This document shows positions 28,353 through 38,427 of a DNA stretch of 58,554 nucleotides, piece by piece (the stretch's first letter is position 1; every line of letters starts with the position of its first letter). Location of the stretch: sequence record SRR31156797_4653; one strand, written 5' to 3'. The notes under the pieces were generated by a model. The model was not told the origin of the DNA, did not search any database, and worked only from the letters and a program-made list of their open reading frames with translations. The position numbers and the translations under genes were made by a program.

Positions 28353-29042
28353 ATGCGTATTGGTGCTATAGTCCAAGCAAGGCTTAACTCTTCCCGGTTA
28401 CCGGGGAAGGTTTTGAAAGAAGTCAATGGGAAGCCTTTGCTTTGGTATCTCCTCAGCAGTTTAAAACAGAGTGTCGAGCTTGATTGTACCATTTTATCTA
28501 TATCCGATTTGGAATCTGACCAATTACTTGCAGATTATGCCCTGGCAGAAAATGTAGAGTTATTCAGAGGGCCATTAGAGAATGTAGCCCAACGCATGCT
28601 TGAAACAATTGATAAGTATAATCTTGATTGTTTTGTGCGGATTTGTGGAGATAGTCCTCTTCTTGACTATCGTCTTGTTGATGAGGGGGTAAAGCTTATC
28701 AGAACAGGGCGTTATGAAGTTGTCTCGAATATAGTCAAAAGAACATATCCGAAAGGCCAGTCTGTTGAGGTAATATTATCTGATGTCTATCGGGATATTT
28801 TGAAGGCGGAACTTAGTTCCTATGAGCAGGAGCATGTGACAGCCAAAATTTATAGCGAAATTGAAGACTATACTTACTTTAGCATGGAGACTGTCCCAAA
28901 CCGGGGAGACGTCCAGCTTTCAGTTGATACTCAGGAAGATTTTGATTTGTTTGCACGATTGATCGGAAGAATGTCCAAACCACATTGGGAATATGATTGG
29001 GCAGAAAAAGTTGCGATGTATTTGAGGATGGTTGATGCTTAA
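28353..29042 (+). CDS. SpsF-like cytidylyltransferase (NTP transferase)
   Basis: QARLNSSRLPGK, RICGDSP, EHVT, LSVDT.ED. Confidence 0.9.
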   Translation: MRIGAIVQARLNSSRLPGKVLKEVNGKPLLWYLLSSLKQSVELDCTILSISDLESDQLLADYALAENVELFRGPLENVAQRMLETIDKYNLDCFVRICGDSPLLDYRLVDEGVKLIRTGRYEVVSNIVKRTYPKGQSVEVILSDVYRDILKAELSSYEQEHVTAKIYSEIEDYTYFSMETVPNRGDVQLSVDTQEDFDLFARLIGRMSKPHWEYDWAEKVAMYLRMVDA

Positions 29043-30033
29043 AGTTGGGGTAATCGGATTGGGTGTTGGTGCGGCACATGCTGCATCATTTGCAGCCGAT
29101 AAGCATTGTGAAGTTGTTGCGCTATGTGACATTGATAGCGGAAAACGTGAATGGGCTGCAGAAACTTTCCCTGAAGCGACTGTTTTCGCAGATGCTGACA
29201 AAATGCTTTCAACTGAACTTGATATTGCAGTTGTTGCAGGTTTTGATGACAGTCATTGTGCTCAAGTTGTTCAAGCTCTCAATAATGGAATGCACGTCTT
29301 TGTGGAAAAGCCGGTTTGTCTTTTTGAAGCTGAGGCACTGCAAATTAAAAAGGCTCTTGATAAGAGCTCAAAATGTATAAGCTCAAATCTTTGCCTCAGG
29401 TCTGTTCCGCTTTTTGAAAGTGTCAAAACTACTGTCCAGTCAGGAAGTATGGGTAAGATTTTTCATCTGGAAGGTGATTATTTATGGGGCAGACTTCATA
29501 AACTTGACGGTGGTTGGCGGAGTAAAATGGATTTTTATTCCATTACATACGGAGCCGCGATCCATATGATTGATCTGCTTATGTGGATTATGGAAGAGAA
29601 GGTAGTTGAAGTTTTTGCCTATGGAAACGATTTGTCAGGACGGGCAATTGATTTTCCGTTTGATGATTTTTCTGTTCTCGTGATGAAATTTGAGAGTGGG
29701 GCTACTGCAAAGGTCAGTGCTAACGGGGGATGCGTCCATCCTCACTTCCATAAACTGGAAGTCTTTGGAACTGAAAAAACATTTAGTCACAGCCTTTCAG
29801 GGAGTAAATGGATTGAATCCCGTGATGGTGATGTCCCCGCCAAGGAAGCTTCCGGTGCTTATCCGGCACGTGAATATCGTTGGAGAGTTGTTTCGACTTT
29901 TGTTGAACATATTTTAAATGAGAATACAAAGCCGCTTGTTGGAAGTGGTGATGTGTTTGATACTATGTCCGTTTGTTTTGCAGCAGATCGATCACTGCGG
30001 TCTGGATCAAAAGTACTTGTTGAATATCTATAG
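29032..30033 (+). CDS. Gfo/Idh/MocA family oxidoreductase
   Basis: VGVIGLG, HVFVEKP, IHMID. Confidence 0.9.
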   Translation: MMLKVGVIGLGVGAAHAASFAADKHCEVVALCDIDSGKREWAAETFPEATVFADADKMLSTELDIAVVAGFDDSHCAQVVQALNNGMHVFVEKPVCLFEAEALQIKKALDKSSKCISSNLCLRSVPLFESVKTTVQSGSMGKIFHLEGDYLWGRLHKLDGGWRSKMDFYSITYGAAIHMIDLLMWIMEEKVVEVFAYGNDLSGRAIDFPFDDFSVLVMKFESGATAKVSANGGCVHPHFHKLEVFGTEKTFSHSLSGSKWIESRDGDVPAKEASGAYPAREYRWRVVSTFVEHILNENTKPLVGSGDVFDTMSVCFAADRSLRSGSKVLVEYL

Positions 30034-30042
30034 AAGGTTGTT

Positions 30043-31188
30043 ATGAGAAAAATTCCGTTTGGGCGTCCCATTATTGAAGATGAGGAAAGGAACGCAGTAC
30101 AGAGAGTTTTGCAAGGTTCACTTCTTGTTCACGGTCCTATATCCAAGCAGTTTGAAGCTGATTTTGCATCTTATACCGGAGCCGATGCATGTGTTTCAGT
30201 TTCTTCCTGCACAGCAGGGTTGCATCTTTGCTATTTTGATATGGGGCTTGGGAAGGGTGACGAGGTCATCGTTCCTGCGCAAACCCACGTTGCCACTGCC
30301 CACGCGGTTGAACTGTGCGGTGCCAAACCCGTATTTGTAGATGCTGAAATCAGAAGCGGCAATATTGATATTGATAAAATAGAAGAACGCATTACCCCGC
30401 GCACCAAAGCCATTAGCGTAGTGCATTTTCTTGGAATGCCTGTTGCTATGGATAGAGTTTGCGCCATAGCGGAAAAGCACGGCCTTAAGGTTATTGAGGA
30501 CTGCGCACTTGCCATTGGTGGACGATACAAAGGTAGGCATGTTGGACTTTGGGGTGATGCCGGTGCTTACTCTTTTTATCCAGTAAAGCATATCACAACT
30601 GCGGAAGGCGGTGTGGTTATCACCAGGCATGAAGATCTGGCTAATCGTTTGACTCATAAAAAAGCTTTTGGAGTGGATCGTAATGTGACAGAACGTAAGG
30701 AGCCGGGCATTTACGACGTAACAGATCTCGGTTTCAACTACCGTATGAATGAATTGCAGGCAGCTTTAGGCATTGAACAGATGAAACGCATAGACGGTTT
30801 TCTTGAAAAAAGAAAAGCTAACTTTGAAATTCTTTATGCCGGCCTTGAAAATGTGGACGGGATTACCCTGTTTGATAAAGCGGGTGCTGATTTCACCAAC
30901 AGCCATTACTGCTTTAGCATTATTTTGGATGAGAAACTTCGTGTTGAGCGTTCCAAACTGGTTAAGTTTGTTAACGGACAAGGTGTAGGGACCAGTGTCT
31001 ACTACCCCAGCCCTGTGCCGTATTTTACTTATTACAAGGATAAATATCCGGTAACTGGAGATGAATATCCTGTTGCCAACGCGATTAGCACTGGATCTAT
31101 TGCTCTGCCTGTGGGACCTCATCTTGGCCGTGAAGACATGGAATACATCGTGGATGTTGTTAAGCAAGGTATGGCTGCTGTTTTTTAA
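30043..31188 (+). CDS. DegT/DnrJ/EryC1/StrS sugar aminotransferase
   Basis: SSCTAGLHL, IEDCA, SFYPVKHITTAEGG, GFNYRM. Confidence 0.93.
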   Translation: MRKIPFGRPIIEDEERNAVQRVLQGSLLVHGPISKQFEADFASYTGADACVSVSSCTAGLHLCYFDMGLGKGDEVIVPAQTHVATAHAVELCGAKPVFVDAEIRSGNIDIDKIEERITPRTKAISVVHFLGMPVAMDRVCAIAEKHGLKVIEDCALAIGGRYKGRHVGLWGDAGAYSFYPVKHITTAEGGVVITRHEDLANRLTHKKAFGVDRNVTERKEPGIYDVTDLGFNYRMNELQAALGIEQMKRIDGFLEKRKANFEILYAGLENVDGITLFDKAGADFTNSHYCFSIILDEKLRVERSKLVKFVNGQGVGTSVYYPSPVPYFTYYKDKYPVTGDEYPVANAISTGSIALPVGPHLGREDMEYIVDVVKQGMAAVF

Positions 31189-31255
31189 TAGTTGAATTTT
31201 TAAGTTAAAATTCGGTAGGTTTTCCTGCCTGTTTTTATTTTAAAGGATAAAACAG

Positions 31256-31891
31256 ATGAAGATTTCATTTTTGGTCCATCCCGCAAGTTGGTTTACTAAG
31301 GAAGATGCCAAAAGATTTTTGCCGATACTTACCAAGTATACTGCCGAGGAAAATATTAATTTTATCGGTAAGCCAGAGCAGGAAGGTGATGTCATGATTG
31401 CGTTGCATTACCCAAGGCTCATTCCTACGGAGGCTCTCGGTTTACACAAATACAATATCAATATTCATGGGGCCGATCTTCCTACTGGCAGGGGCCGATC
31501 TCCCGTGCATTGGCAGGTCGGGGAAGGGCAAAATGAGATTGTTTTTTCCCTTTTTGAGATTGCTGCCGGTGCTGATGATGGCGATATTTATTTGAAATCT
31601 ATTTTTAAACTTGACGGCTATGAATTGCTTGATGAAATCAGAAGTAAAATTATCGATAAAGAAATTGAGATGATTGATAGTTTTTTTGCGAATTATCCGC
31701 TTAAAGCTGAAAAACAGGTTGGGGAGCCTTCTTATTATGAAAAACGAGGTCCTGAATGTCAGAAGTTGGATCTTAATCGTTCAATTCGTGAACAGTTCGA
31801 CATGTTCAGGGTAGCAGATAATGAAAAATACCCTATATGGTTTGAGCTTGACGGCCATAAGTATATTTTAAATATCTCTGAAGAAAAGTAA
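31256..31891 (+). CDS. Sugar N-formyltransferase family protein
   Basis: NIHGADLPTGRGRSP, ADDGDI, RVADNEKYP. Confidence 0.85.
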   Translation: MKISFLVHPASWFTKEDAKRFLPILTKYTAEENINFIGKPEQEGDVMIALHYPRLIPTEALGLHKYNINIHGADLPTGRGRSPVHWQVGEGQNEIVFSLFEIAAGADDGDIYLKSIFKLDGYELLDEIRSKIIDKEIEMIDSFFANYPLKAEKQVGEPSYYEKRGPECQKLDLNRSIREQFDMFRVADNEKYPIWFELDGHKYILNISEEK

Positions 31892-31934
31892 GATTTGCTG
31901 AAGATAATTGGCGGCTATTAAAGCAGGAGTGAGT

Positions 31935-32945
31935 ATGAAGATTGCGCACAAGGATACTTCAAAACAGGTTTTTATTATTGCAGAGATAGGCAATAACCAT
32001 GAGGGTGATTTTGAATTAGCAAAGGAAATGCTTCGTAAGGCGGCAGTCGCCGGGGCTGATGCTGTAAAATTTCAGACAATTATTCCTAGAGAACTGGTCT
32101 CTTCCGATCAGGTTGAGCGTATTGGGGTTTTGGAAAAATTTCAATTTTCTTATGAGCAATTTGCGCTGCTCGCAAAAGAAGCTGAGAATGCAGGGATTCT
32201 TTTCATGTCCACTCCATTCGATGAAGAAAGTGTCGCTGAACTTGATAATTATGTGCCTGCATTCAAAATTGCATCCTGTGATGTAACTTTTTTTCCCTTG
32301 CTAAAAAAAATTGCCCAAACCGGGAAACCGATAATTATGTCCACAGGAGCGGCGACAAAGGGAGAGATCTTGAAGTCCTGCGAATATATAAAAAGTTGCT
32401 GGGCAGAAATGGGCGTTGCTGCCGATAATTTGGCCTTGCTGCATTGTGTCTCCTGTTATCCCACCCCCGGAAACGAGGCGAATCTTAGGGCAATTAATTC
32501 TCTAGCAGATATTGGTTTTGTTCCCGGATACTCTGACCATACCCTTGGTATTGACGCTGCCGTGCTGAGTGTTGGACTTGGTGCCCGGATAGTTGAAAAA
32601 CATTTCACACTGGATAAAAATTATTCTGATTTTAGAGACCATCAGCTTTCCGCCGATCCGCACGATCTGGCAGAAATGGTTAAGAAAATTCGCGCTGCTG
32701 AGGCCATGCTTGGTTCGGCTGAGATTGATGTGGCAAACTGCGAGTTAGGTTCACGTGACTTGATCAGGCGTTCTGCTGCAGCTCGGGGAGATATCAGCGT
32801 GGGTACAGAGATTACGAGCGATAATGTGCGCTGGGTGCGCCCCGGTACAGGGGTAAGTACGGAGCAGGCTGACAAGCTTTGGCAACGTAAAGCCGCACGA
32901 AATATTAAAGACGGAGAGCTGCTTAACCTTGAGGATGTCAGCTAG
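31935..32945 (+). CDS. Nonulosonic acid synthase (NeuB/PseI/LegI/SpsE family)
   Basis: IIAEIGNNHEGD, KFQT, STPFD, KIAS, GYSDHT, EKHFT; C-terminal AFP-like domain. Confidence 0.93.
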   Translation: MKIAHKDTSKQVFIIAEIGNNHEGDFELAKEMLRKAAVAGADAVKFQTIIPRELVSSDQVERIGVLEKFQFSYEQFALLAKEAENAGILFMSTPFDEESVAELDNYVPAFKIASCDVTFFPLLKKIAQTGKPIIMSTGAATKGEILKSCEYIKSCWAEMGVAADNLALLHCVSCYPTPGNEANLRAINSLADIGFVPGYSDHTLGIDAAVLSVGLGARIVEKHFTLDKNYSDFRDHQLSADPHDLAEMVKKIRAAEAMLGSAEIDVANCELGSRDLIRRSAAARGDISVGTEITSDNVRWVRPGTGVSTEQADKLWQRKAARNIKDGELLNLEDVS

Positions 32946-34783
32946 TGTGTGGAATTGCGGGGTATATTGGTAAAGAACGTATCAATGAAAACCATGTTGA
33001 TTCTTGCTTGAAACTTATGGGCCGTCGCGGACCGGACGGTATCGGGCGTTATTTTCATTCCTTTGCAAATGGGCGTAATGTTTGCCTGCTTCATTCACGT
33101 CTTTCAATTATTGATATTGGTGAGCGTTCTGGCCAACCCTTTAGAATAGGTCGAGAAGTTTTGACCTACAATGGTGAGCTTTACAATTACAAGGAGCTGG
33201 CAAAGGGGCTTGAGGCTGATGGCTTCAGTTTTAAAACCAATAGTGACACAGAGGTTCTGCTGGCTCAGATATCACAATATGGTATTGAATCGATTGATCA
33301 TTGTGAAGGAATGTGGGCCTTTGCCAAATACAACGAAAGAAACGGAGAACTGCTTCTCTGCAGAGATCGTTTCGGGGAAAAACCTCTCTATATGTATGAG
33401 GATTCCCAAGGGATATATTTTGGTTCAGAAGTAAAATTAATTTCTGCTTTGGCTGGTATTAAGTTTCAAGCTGATGCCAAACAGATCAGCCGTTTTCTTG
33501 TCAATGGCTATAAGTCTATCTACAAAAACGGGAAATGTTTTTATGAAGGAATAAAAGAGCTTGGACCTGCCAAATGGCTTCGAATTGATTCTGAGGGCAG
33601 AAAAAAGGAGGAGACATACTGGGCTCCAAAGTTTGTACCCGATGAATCAATGTCGTACGCAGAGGCTGTTTCAACCACTCGGAAAAAGCTCATAGAATCT
33701 GTAAAATTGCGTTTGCGTTCAGACGTTCCTCTGGCTTTTTGCATGAGCGGAGGGGTGGATTCGAATTCTCTTATCTCCATTGCTAAGAAGATCTTGAATT
33801 ACGATGTTCATGGGTTCACCATTACCAGTAAAGATGACCGCTATGCAGAGTTGGAACAGGTTAAGGAAGTTGTTGAATCCCTGAAGATCAAGCATACGGC
33901 TATTCCGTTGTGTACTGACGGATTTTTGGACGGAATGCGCAGGCTGGTTGGATATCACGACGCTCCTATTTATACTATTTCCTATTATGTGCACGGTCTG
34001 CTCATGGAGGCTATTGCCGGGAATGGATACAAGGTCTCCATCAGTGGGACTGCTGCAGATGAAATTTTTTCTGGATATTATGATCACTACAGCTTGCATA
34101 TTGCTGAGATGTACAAGCAGACTACAGAACCGGGACTCTATGAGGCCGCTCTGAATAATTGGAAAACGCATATCAAGCCTATTGTTCGCAATCCTGTTCT
34201 GCAGGACCCGCGGGTTTTCGTGAATAACCCGCATGAGCGTAGTCATATTTATTTAAATCATGAGTACTTTAGTCAATTTATGGTTGAGTCCTTTTATGAA
34301 GAGTTTACTGAAAGACGCTATTGTTCTGATGTCATGCGCAGCCGTATGCTTAATGAACTTTGTACTGAGGTGGTCCCGGTGATTCTGCACGAGGATGACA
34401 TGAATGCCATGTTTCATTCTATAGAGAATCGTTCTCCTTTTTTGGATCGTAATTTGGTGGATTTTTGTAATATGATTCCTACAAAATATCTGATTCGTGA
34501 CGGATTTAATAAAAAAGTCCTCCGCGATGCAATGAAAGGTCTTGTTCCCGACTCTATCACAGGGTGTCGGCGCAAGGTCGGTTTTAATGCATCAATTCTT
34601 GAATTGTTGGACGTGAAGAACAAACAGATTCGTGATCAGCTTTTGGATGAAAGTCCGATTTTTGAAATAGTTAAGCGTGATAGAATTGAAAATATGCTGC
34701 GCGAGACAAGCTTCTCCAATAGCTTAAGTAAATTCCTTTTTTCTTTTTTAAGTTGCAAGATGTTTTTGGAAGAGTGTGTATAG
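32945..34783 (+). CDS. asnB: Asparagine synthase (glutamine-hydrolysing)-like amidotransferase
   Basis: MCGIAG Ntn start, RGPD, RLSIID, NGELYN, SGGVDS, RSPFLD. Confidence 0.92.
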   Translation: MCGIAGYIGKERINENHVDSCLKLMGRRGPDGIGRYFHSFANGRNVCLLHSRLSIIDIGERSGQPFRIGREVLTYNGELYNYKELAKGLEADGFSFKTNSDTEVLLAQISQYGIESIDHCEGMWAFAKYNERNGELLLCRDRFGEKPLYMYEDSQGIYFGSEVKLISALAGIKFQADAKQISRFLVNGYKSIYKNGKCFYEGIKELGPAKWLRIDSEGRKKEETYWAPKFVPDESMSYAEAVSTTRKKLIESVKLRLRSDVPLAFCMSGGVDSNSLISIAKKILNYDVHGFTITSKDDRYAELEQVKEVVESLKIKHTAIPLCTDGFLDGMRRLVGYHDAPIYTISYYVHGLLMEAIAGNGYKVSISGTAADEIFSGYYDHYSLHIAEMYKQTTEPGLYEAALNNWKTHIKPIVRNPVLQDPRVFVNNPHERSHIYLNHEYFSQFMVESFYEEFTERRYCSDVMRSRMLNELCTEVVPVILHEDDMNAMFHSIENRSPFLDRNLVDFCNMIPTKYLIRDGFNKKVLRDAMKGLVPDSITGCRRKVGFNASILELLDVKNKQIRDQLLDESPIFEIVKRDRIENMLRETSFSNSLSKFLFSFLSCKMFLEECV

Positions 34784-34891
34784 AATTATGAAGAATAAGC
34801 AGGGATTACTCGGGAGTTACAAAGTATACTTGCCTGCATATTTGTAGATTTTATCCTCTCCCTGTTACATTTTGCCGAATTAAGAATTTTG

Positions 34892-34918
34892 AAGGCTCTC
34901 ATCTGTTGAGGGCCTTTT
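34892..34918 (+). terminator. Intrinsic terminator after the glycan operon
   Basis: AAGGCTCTCA/TGAGGGCCTT followed by T residues. Confidence 0.55.
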
Positions 34919-35008
34919 ACTTATGGCGTTTTGCAATATTTATGTTTTAATATTCTTTGTAGTTGGGTAATGATTATTTGAAAGGTAGGTTGGAAAAGGA
35001 GAGTTATC

Positions 35009-36481
35009 GTGCAGAAAAGGAACCGTCCGACAATATTTATCATAGATAGAATTAAACCCGAAATGGATGTTTTCGCGGAACTTCTGCGTGATGACTATGC
35101 CCTGCTTATGGCTATGAATGGTGCTCATCTATTTGAAATAGCGGTCAAAGAACAGCCTGATCTGATCATTCTGGACTCAGAACTTCCGGAAGTTGATTGT
35201 CGGGAACTGGGTAGAAAACTCAAGCTTAGCGAGGCAACTCGCAATATCCCTCTTCTTTTAATTATCGGGCCAACCCATCCGGACGAGGAGTATAGTTATT
35301 TTGAATCCGGGGTTTTCGATTTTATCAAGCGTCCTTTGAGTCCTCCTATGGTCCTGCGCCGGGTTGCCTCCGCATTAATCCAGAAAGAACAGGGTGACAG
35401 GCTGGCTGAGTTGTCAGATAAATTGGGAAGATACCTTTCCCCGCAGGTTTACGAATCCATCTTTGAAGGCACACAGGATACACTTATTGGAGCCAAGCGC
35501 AAAAAGCTGACTATTTTTTTCTCGGATATCGTTGGTTTTACCTCCACTACAGAGCGCATGGAACCGGAAGATATGACCGCTCTGCTGAATAACTATCTCG
35601 ACCGGATGTCTTCCATAGCCCTGAAGCATGGGGGGACTATCGATAAATATATCGGTGATGCCGTGCTGATTTTTTTCGGCGATCCTGTCTCCAAAGGCTA
35701 CAAGGAGGACGCCGTAGCCTGTTTGAACATGGCTATTGAGATGCGAGATGCTATCAAGGAAATGCAGCATGAGTGGTTTGAACTTGGTATTTCCAGTCCG
35801 TTTAAGATCCGTATGGGGATCAATACGGGGTTTTGTACTGTGGGTAACTTTGGTTCCAAGCAGCTTATGGATTACACCATTATTGGCGGGCAGGTTAATG
35901 TGGCTGCCCGTTTGGAGCAGAATGCGCCCCCGGACCAAATTTTGATTTCCCACGAAACATGGGCTCTGGTGAAAGAAGATTTTCGTTGTTTGGGACGTGC
36001 GCCTATCTCTGTTAAAGGTATTCAGCATTCCATCCGCACCTATCAGGTTATTGGCAAGGCGGACAGTGCGGAGCAGGATTTGGAAGGTTCGCTGGGGGAA
36101 ATGGTTTGGCCTGCCCAGACAATTGCAATTGACAGCAATGTTTCAGATGCCCTTTTGCGGCTGCGTGACAGTGGCGAATGGGCCTGCCTGATTGTCCTTG
36201 ACGGGCTTTCCCCGGTCGGTATGGTTACCAAAGGACGTATGGATGAAATCGTGCGTCGGGAAACAGATAAGGCATTATTTTTGAATCGCCCGGTAGCAGT
36301 GGTTATGGACAAGGAATTGTTGGTCCTAGCTGCTGAATCTGGTTTGGAGGAAGTTGCCAGGAGTGCCCTTTCCCGTGAGGGCAGCTATACTTTTGACCCC
36401 ATTGCGGTAACCAAAAACGGTGAATTTACCGGGTTGGTTTCCGTTCGTTGTCTGATGCAGCGAATGCTTAGTCCTACCTAG
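35009..36481 (+). CDS. Receiver domain - class III adenylate cyclase - CBS pair protein
   Basis: DLIILD receiver; FFSDIVGFT, DKYIGDAV, MDYTIIGGQVNVAARLE; C-terminal CBS-like repeats. Confidence 0.88.
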   Translation: MQKRNRPTIFIIDRIKPEMDVFAELLRDDYALLMAMNGAHLFEIAVKEQPDLIILDSELPEVDCRELGRKLKLSEATRNIPLLLIIGPTHPDEEYSYFESGVFDFIKRPLSPPMVLRRVASALIQKEQGDRLAELSDKLGRYLSPQVYESIFEGTQDTLIGAKRKKLTIFFSDIVGFTSTTERMEPEDMTALLNNYLDRMSSIALKHGGTIDKYIGDAVLIFFGDPVSKGYKEDAVACLNMAIEMRDAIKEMQHEWFELGISSPFKIRMGINTGFCTVGNFGSKQLMDYTIIGGQVNVAARLEQNAPPDQILISHETWALVKEDFRCLGRAPISVKGIQHSIRTYQVIGKADSAEQDLEGSLGEMVWPAQTIAIDSNVSDALLRLRDSGEWACLIVLDGLSPVGMVTKGRMDEIVRRETDKALFLNRPVAVVMDKELLVLAAESGLEEVARSALSREGSYTFDPIAVTKNGEFTGLVSVRCLMQRMLSPT

Positions 36482-36484
36482 TGA

Positions 36485-37360
36485 TTATGCTCTCCATGCA
36501 AACACAGATACAATATATTTGTGATGTTTAATAAAATCGAATGGAGTTTGTAGGTCAGCATTCAGCCAGGTAGCGTGCTGAAGATCGGAAAGAACTGTCT
36601 GGAATCCGGATCGTTCAAGTACGGAAATCAAATCGCCTAATGATTGATCTTCACTATTATGAAAGAAGTGTGCTTCAATGATGAGTGCTTTGACTCGGTG
36701 TAGTTCCTCTTCACAATCTTTAAGTACCGCAAATTCTGCCCCTTCAATATCCAGCTTGAGCATGTCGATCCGTTCAACTTTGCCCAGTTCATCACGAAGT
36801 CTTATTGACGACAGTTTTTCGCCGTCATTGTTAACATGTCCGGAATCATCGTGGGAGCGGGAAAAACATACGCCGTCAGCGTTTGTCCAGACAACCTGAT
36901 TGTGAACCTTCGCGCTTGTCATGCCGATTGCCTTTAAGTTGCTGGCACAAATTTTACATATGTCGGGGTCTGCTTCGTAGGCTGTTATCTTTGCTGCGGG
37001 ATACCGTGATGCAAAATAGATGGATGCAAGACCAACATGGGCACCACAATCAAAAATAATTGGATCGGGAATTTTTGTTTGGAAGCCGTATAGGTTTTCA
37101 GCAAATATTTGTCTAAGCTCATGGTAAAAGCTGTGCAGGTCCGCAAACTGTAACTTTACTCCGTCAACGACCACTGATCCTGGAACTCGCCTCGGGAATT
37201 TGGGGGCGAGTTGTTGTAAATGCATAATGGCATCAGACAAAGAACCGACAAAAATAGGGGGCTTGGATTTTGCTGAGTCGTTGGGGGTAAACGAGTTTTC
37301 CTGATTATTGCCGTTTTGCACAGTATTTCTCCTGCTTATAATGATATTAGTATCTAGCAA
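36485..37360 (-). CDS. FkbM family methyltransferase (start uncertain)
   Basis: DCGAHVG, YEADP, LKLDIEGAE. Confidence 0.88.
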   Translation of the reverse strand: MLDTNIIISRRNTVQNGNNQENSFTPNDSAKSKPPIFVGSLSDAIMHLQQLAPKFPRRVPGSVVVDGVKLQFADLHSFYHELRQIFAENLYGFQTKIPDPIIFDCGAHVGLASIYFASRYPAAKITAYEADPDICKICASNLKAIGMTSAKVHNQVVWTNADGVCFSRSHDDSGHVNNDGEKLSSIRLRDELGKVERIDMLKLDIEGAEFAVLKDCEEELHRVKALIIEAHFFHNSEDQSLGDLISVLERSGFQTVLSDLQHATWLNADLQTPFDFIKHHKYIVSVFAWRA

Positions 37361-37564
37361 TTACCATTATCTCTTAAGTCTCGCAAGTCAGCTCCATGAA
37401 CTCTGTATTGTTCCGCCGAAATAATTCAGCCAAAAGTATGATGTGTAACCCTGCTATCTGCGCTTGAATTATCAAGCGCATTTTTTGCGTTTTCGTAGTA
37501 TATGAAGGTGGGGCCGCAAATTAGGGCCTGTTTATTCACGAAGAACATACACAGGGAGAGGAAA

Positions 37565-38185
37565 ATGTACGTACTTGCAATTAACGGCAGCCCGCGTAAG
37601 GGCGGTAATACAGAAAGCATGTTGCACAAGGTTCTGGAACCTCTTGAAAGTTCTGGTTGGGAAACTGAATTTTACCAGCTTGGCGGCAAGAAAATACGGG
37701 GCTGCATGGCTTGTATGAAATGCTGGGAAAACAAGGACAGCAAGTGTGTTGTTGATAATGACAAGCTTAATGAAGTTTATGAGAAAATGGTCCGCGCTGA
37801 TGCTATTGTCATTGGTTCCCCTACATATTTTGCTGATGTGTCCGCAGAAATTAAAGCCTTGATTGACCGGGCCGGTATGGTGGCTCTAGCCAATGACCGC
37901 CAGTTTGAAGGAAAAATCGGTGGAGCAGCAGTTGCTGTGCGTCGTGGCGGAGCAACTCACGTATTTGACAGCATCAACCATCTTTACCAGATCAACGGTA
38001 TGGTCATGCCCGGTTCTACCTACTGGAACATGGGCTATGGATTGAACAAAGGGGATGTCCTTAATGATGATGAGGGTATTGCAAACATGGTTCATCTTGG
38101 ACGTACCATTGATTGGCTGGGCAAGGCCATCAAGCCGCATCTGGGCTCTTTTCCCAAAGCAGGGGATCAGTACGGAGAAGGTTAG
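37565..38185 (+). CDS. Iron-sulfur flavoprotein / flavodoxin family protein
   Basis: INGSPRKGGNT, CMACMKC...C, GSPTYF, RRGG. Confidence 0.92.
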   Translation: MYVLAINGSPRKGGNTESMLHKVLEPLESSGWETEFYQLGGKKIRGCMACMKCWENKDSKCVVDNDKLNEVYEKMVRADAIVIGSPTYFADVSAEIKALIDRAGMVALANDRQFEGKIGGAAVAVRRGGATHVFDSINHLYQINGMVMPGSTYWNMGYGLNKGDVLNDDEGIANMVHLGRTIDWLGKAIKPHLGSFPKAGDQYGEG

Positions 38186-38218
38186 TTTTTTGATTCAGTT
38201 AATAGTGCTAGTGTGTTT

Positions 38219-38250
38219 AAGGTCGGCTGTTTTATCAGCCGACCTTTTTT
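38219..38250 (+). terminator. Intrinsic terminator
   Basis: AAGGTCGGCTG/CAGCCGACCTT plus T run. Confidence 0.75.
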
Positions 38251-38427
38251 ATTTGATTGTGAGCAAGTGCTTGTTGTAAAAGGGTTTGTTGCTCGCTTTC
38301 AGAATTCGTCCAATAAAATATATATTTCCCTTTCAAATAGGGCAAAATTTGATGTATTATTCATCTTCATAGTCATTACTTTATGTCTTGTTTAGCAGAT
38401 TCACTCAGTAGCTTTTTGGGGGATAAA

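Noticed and set aside
34924-34936. TGGCGTTTTGCA upstream of the cyclase gene as a sigma54 promoter
   Set aside because: GG-to-GC spacing is too short for a -24/-12 promoter
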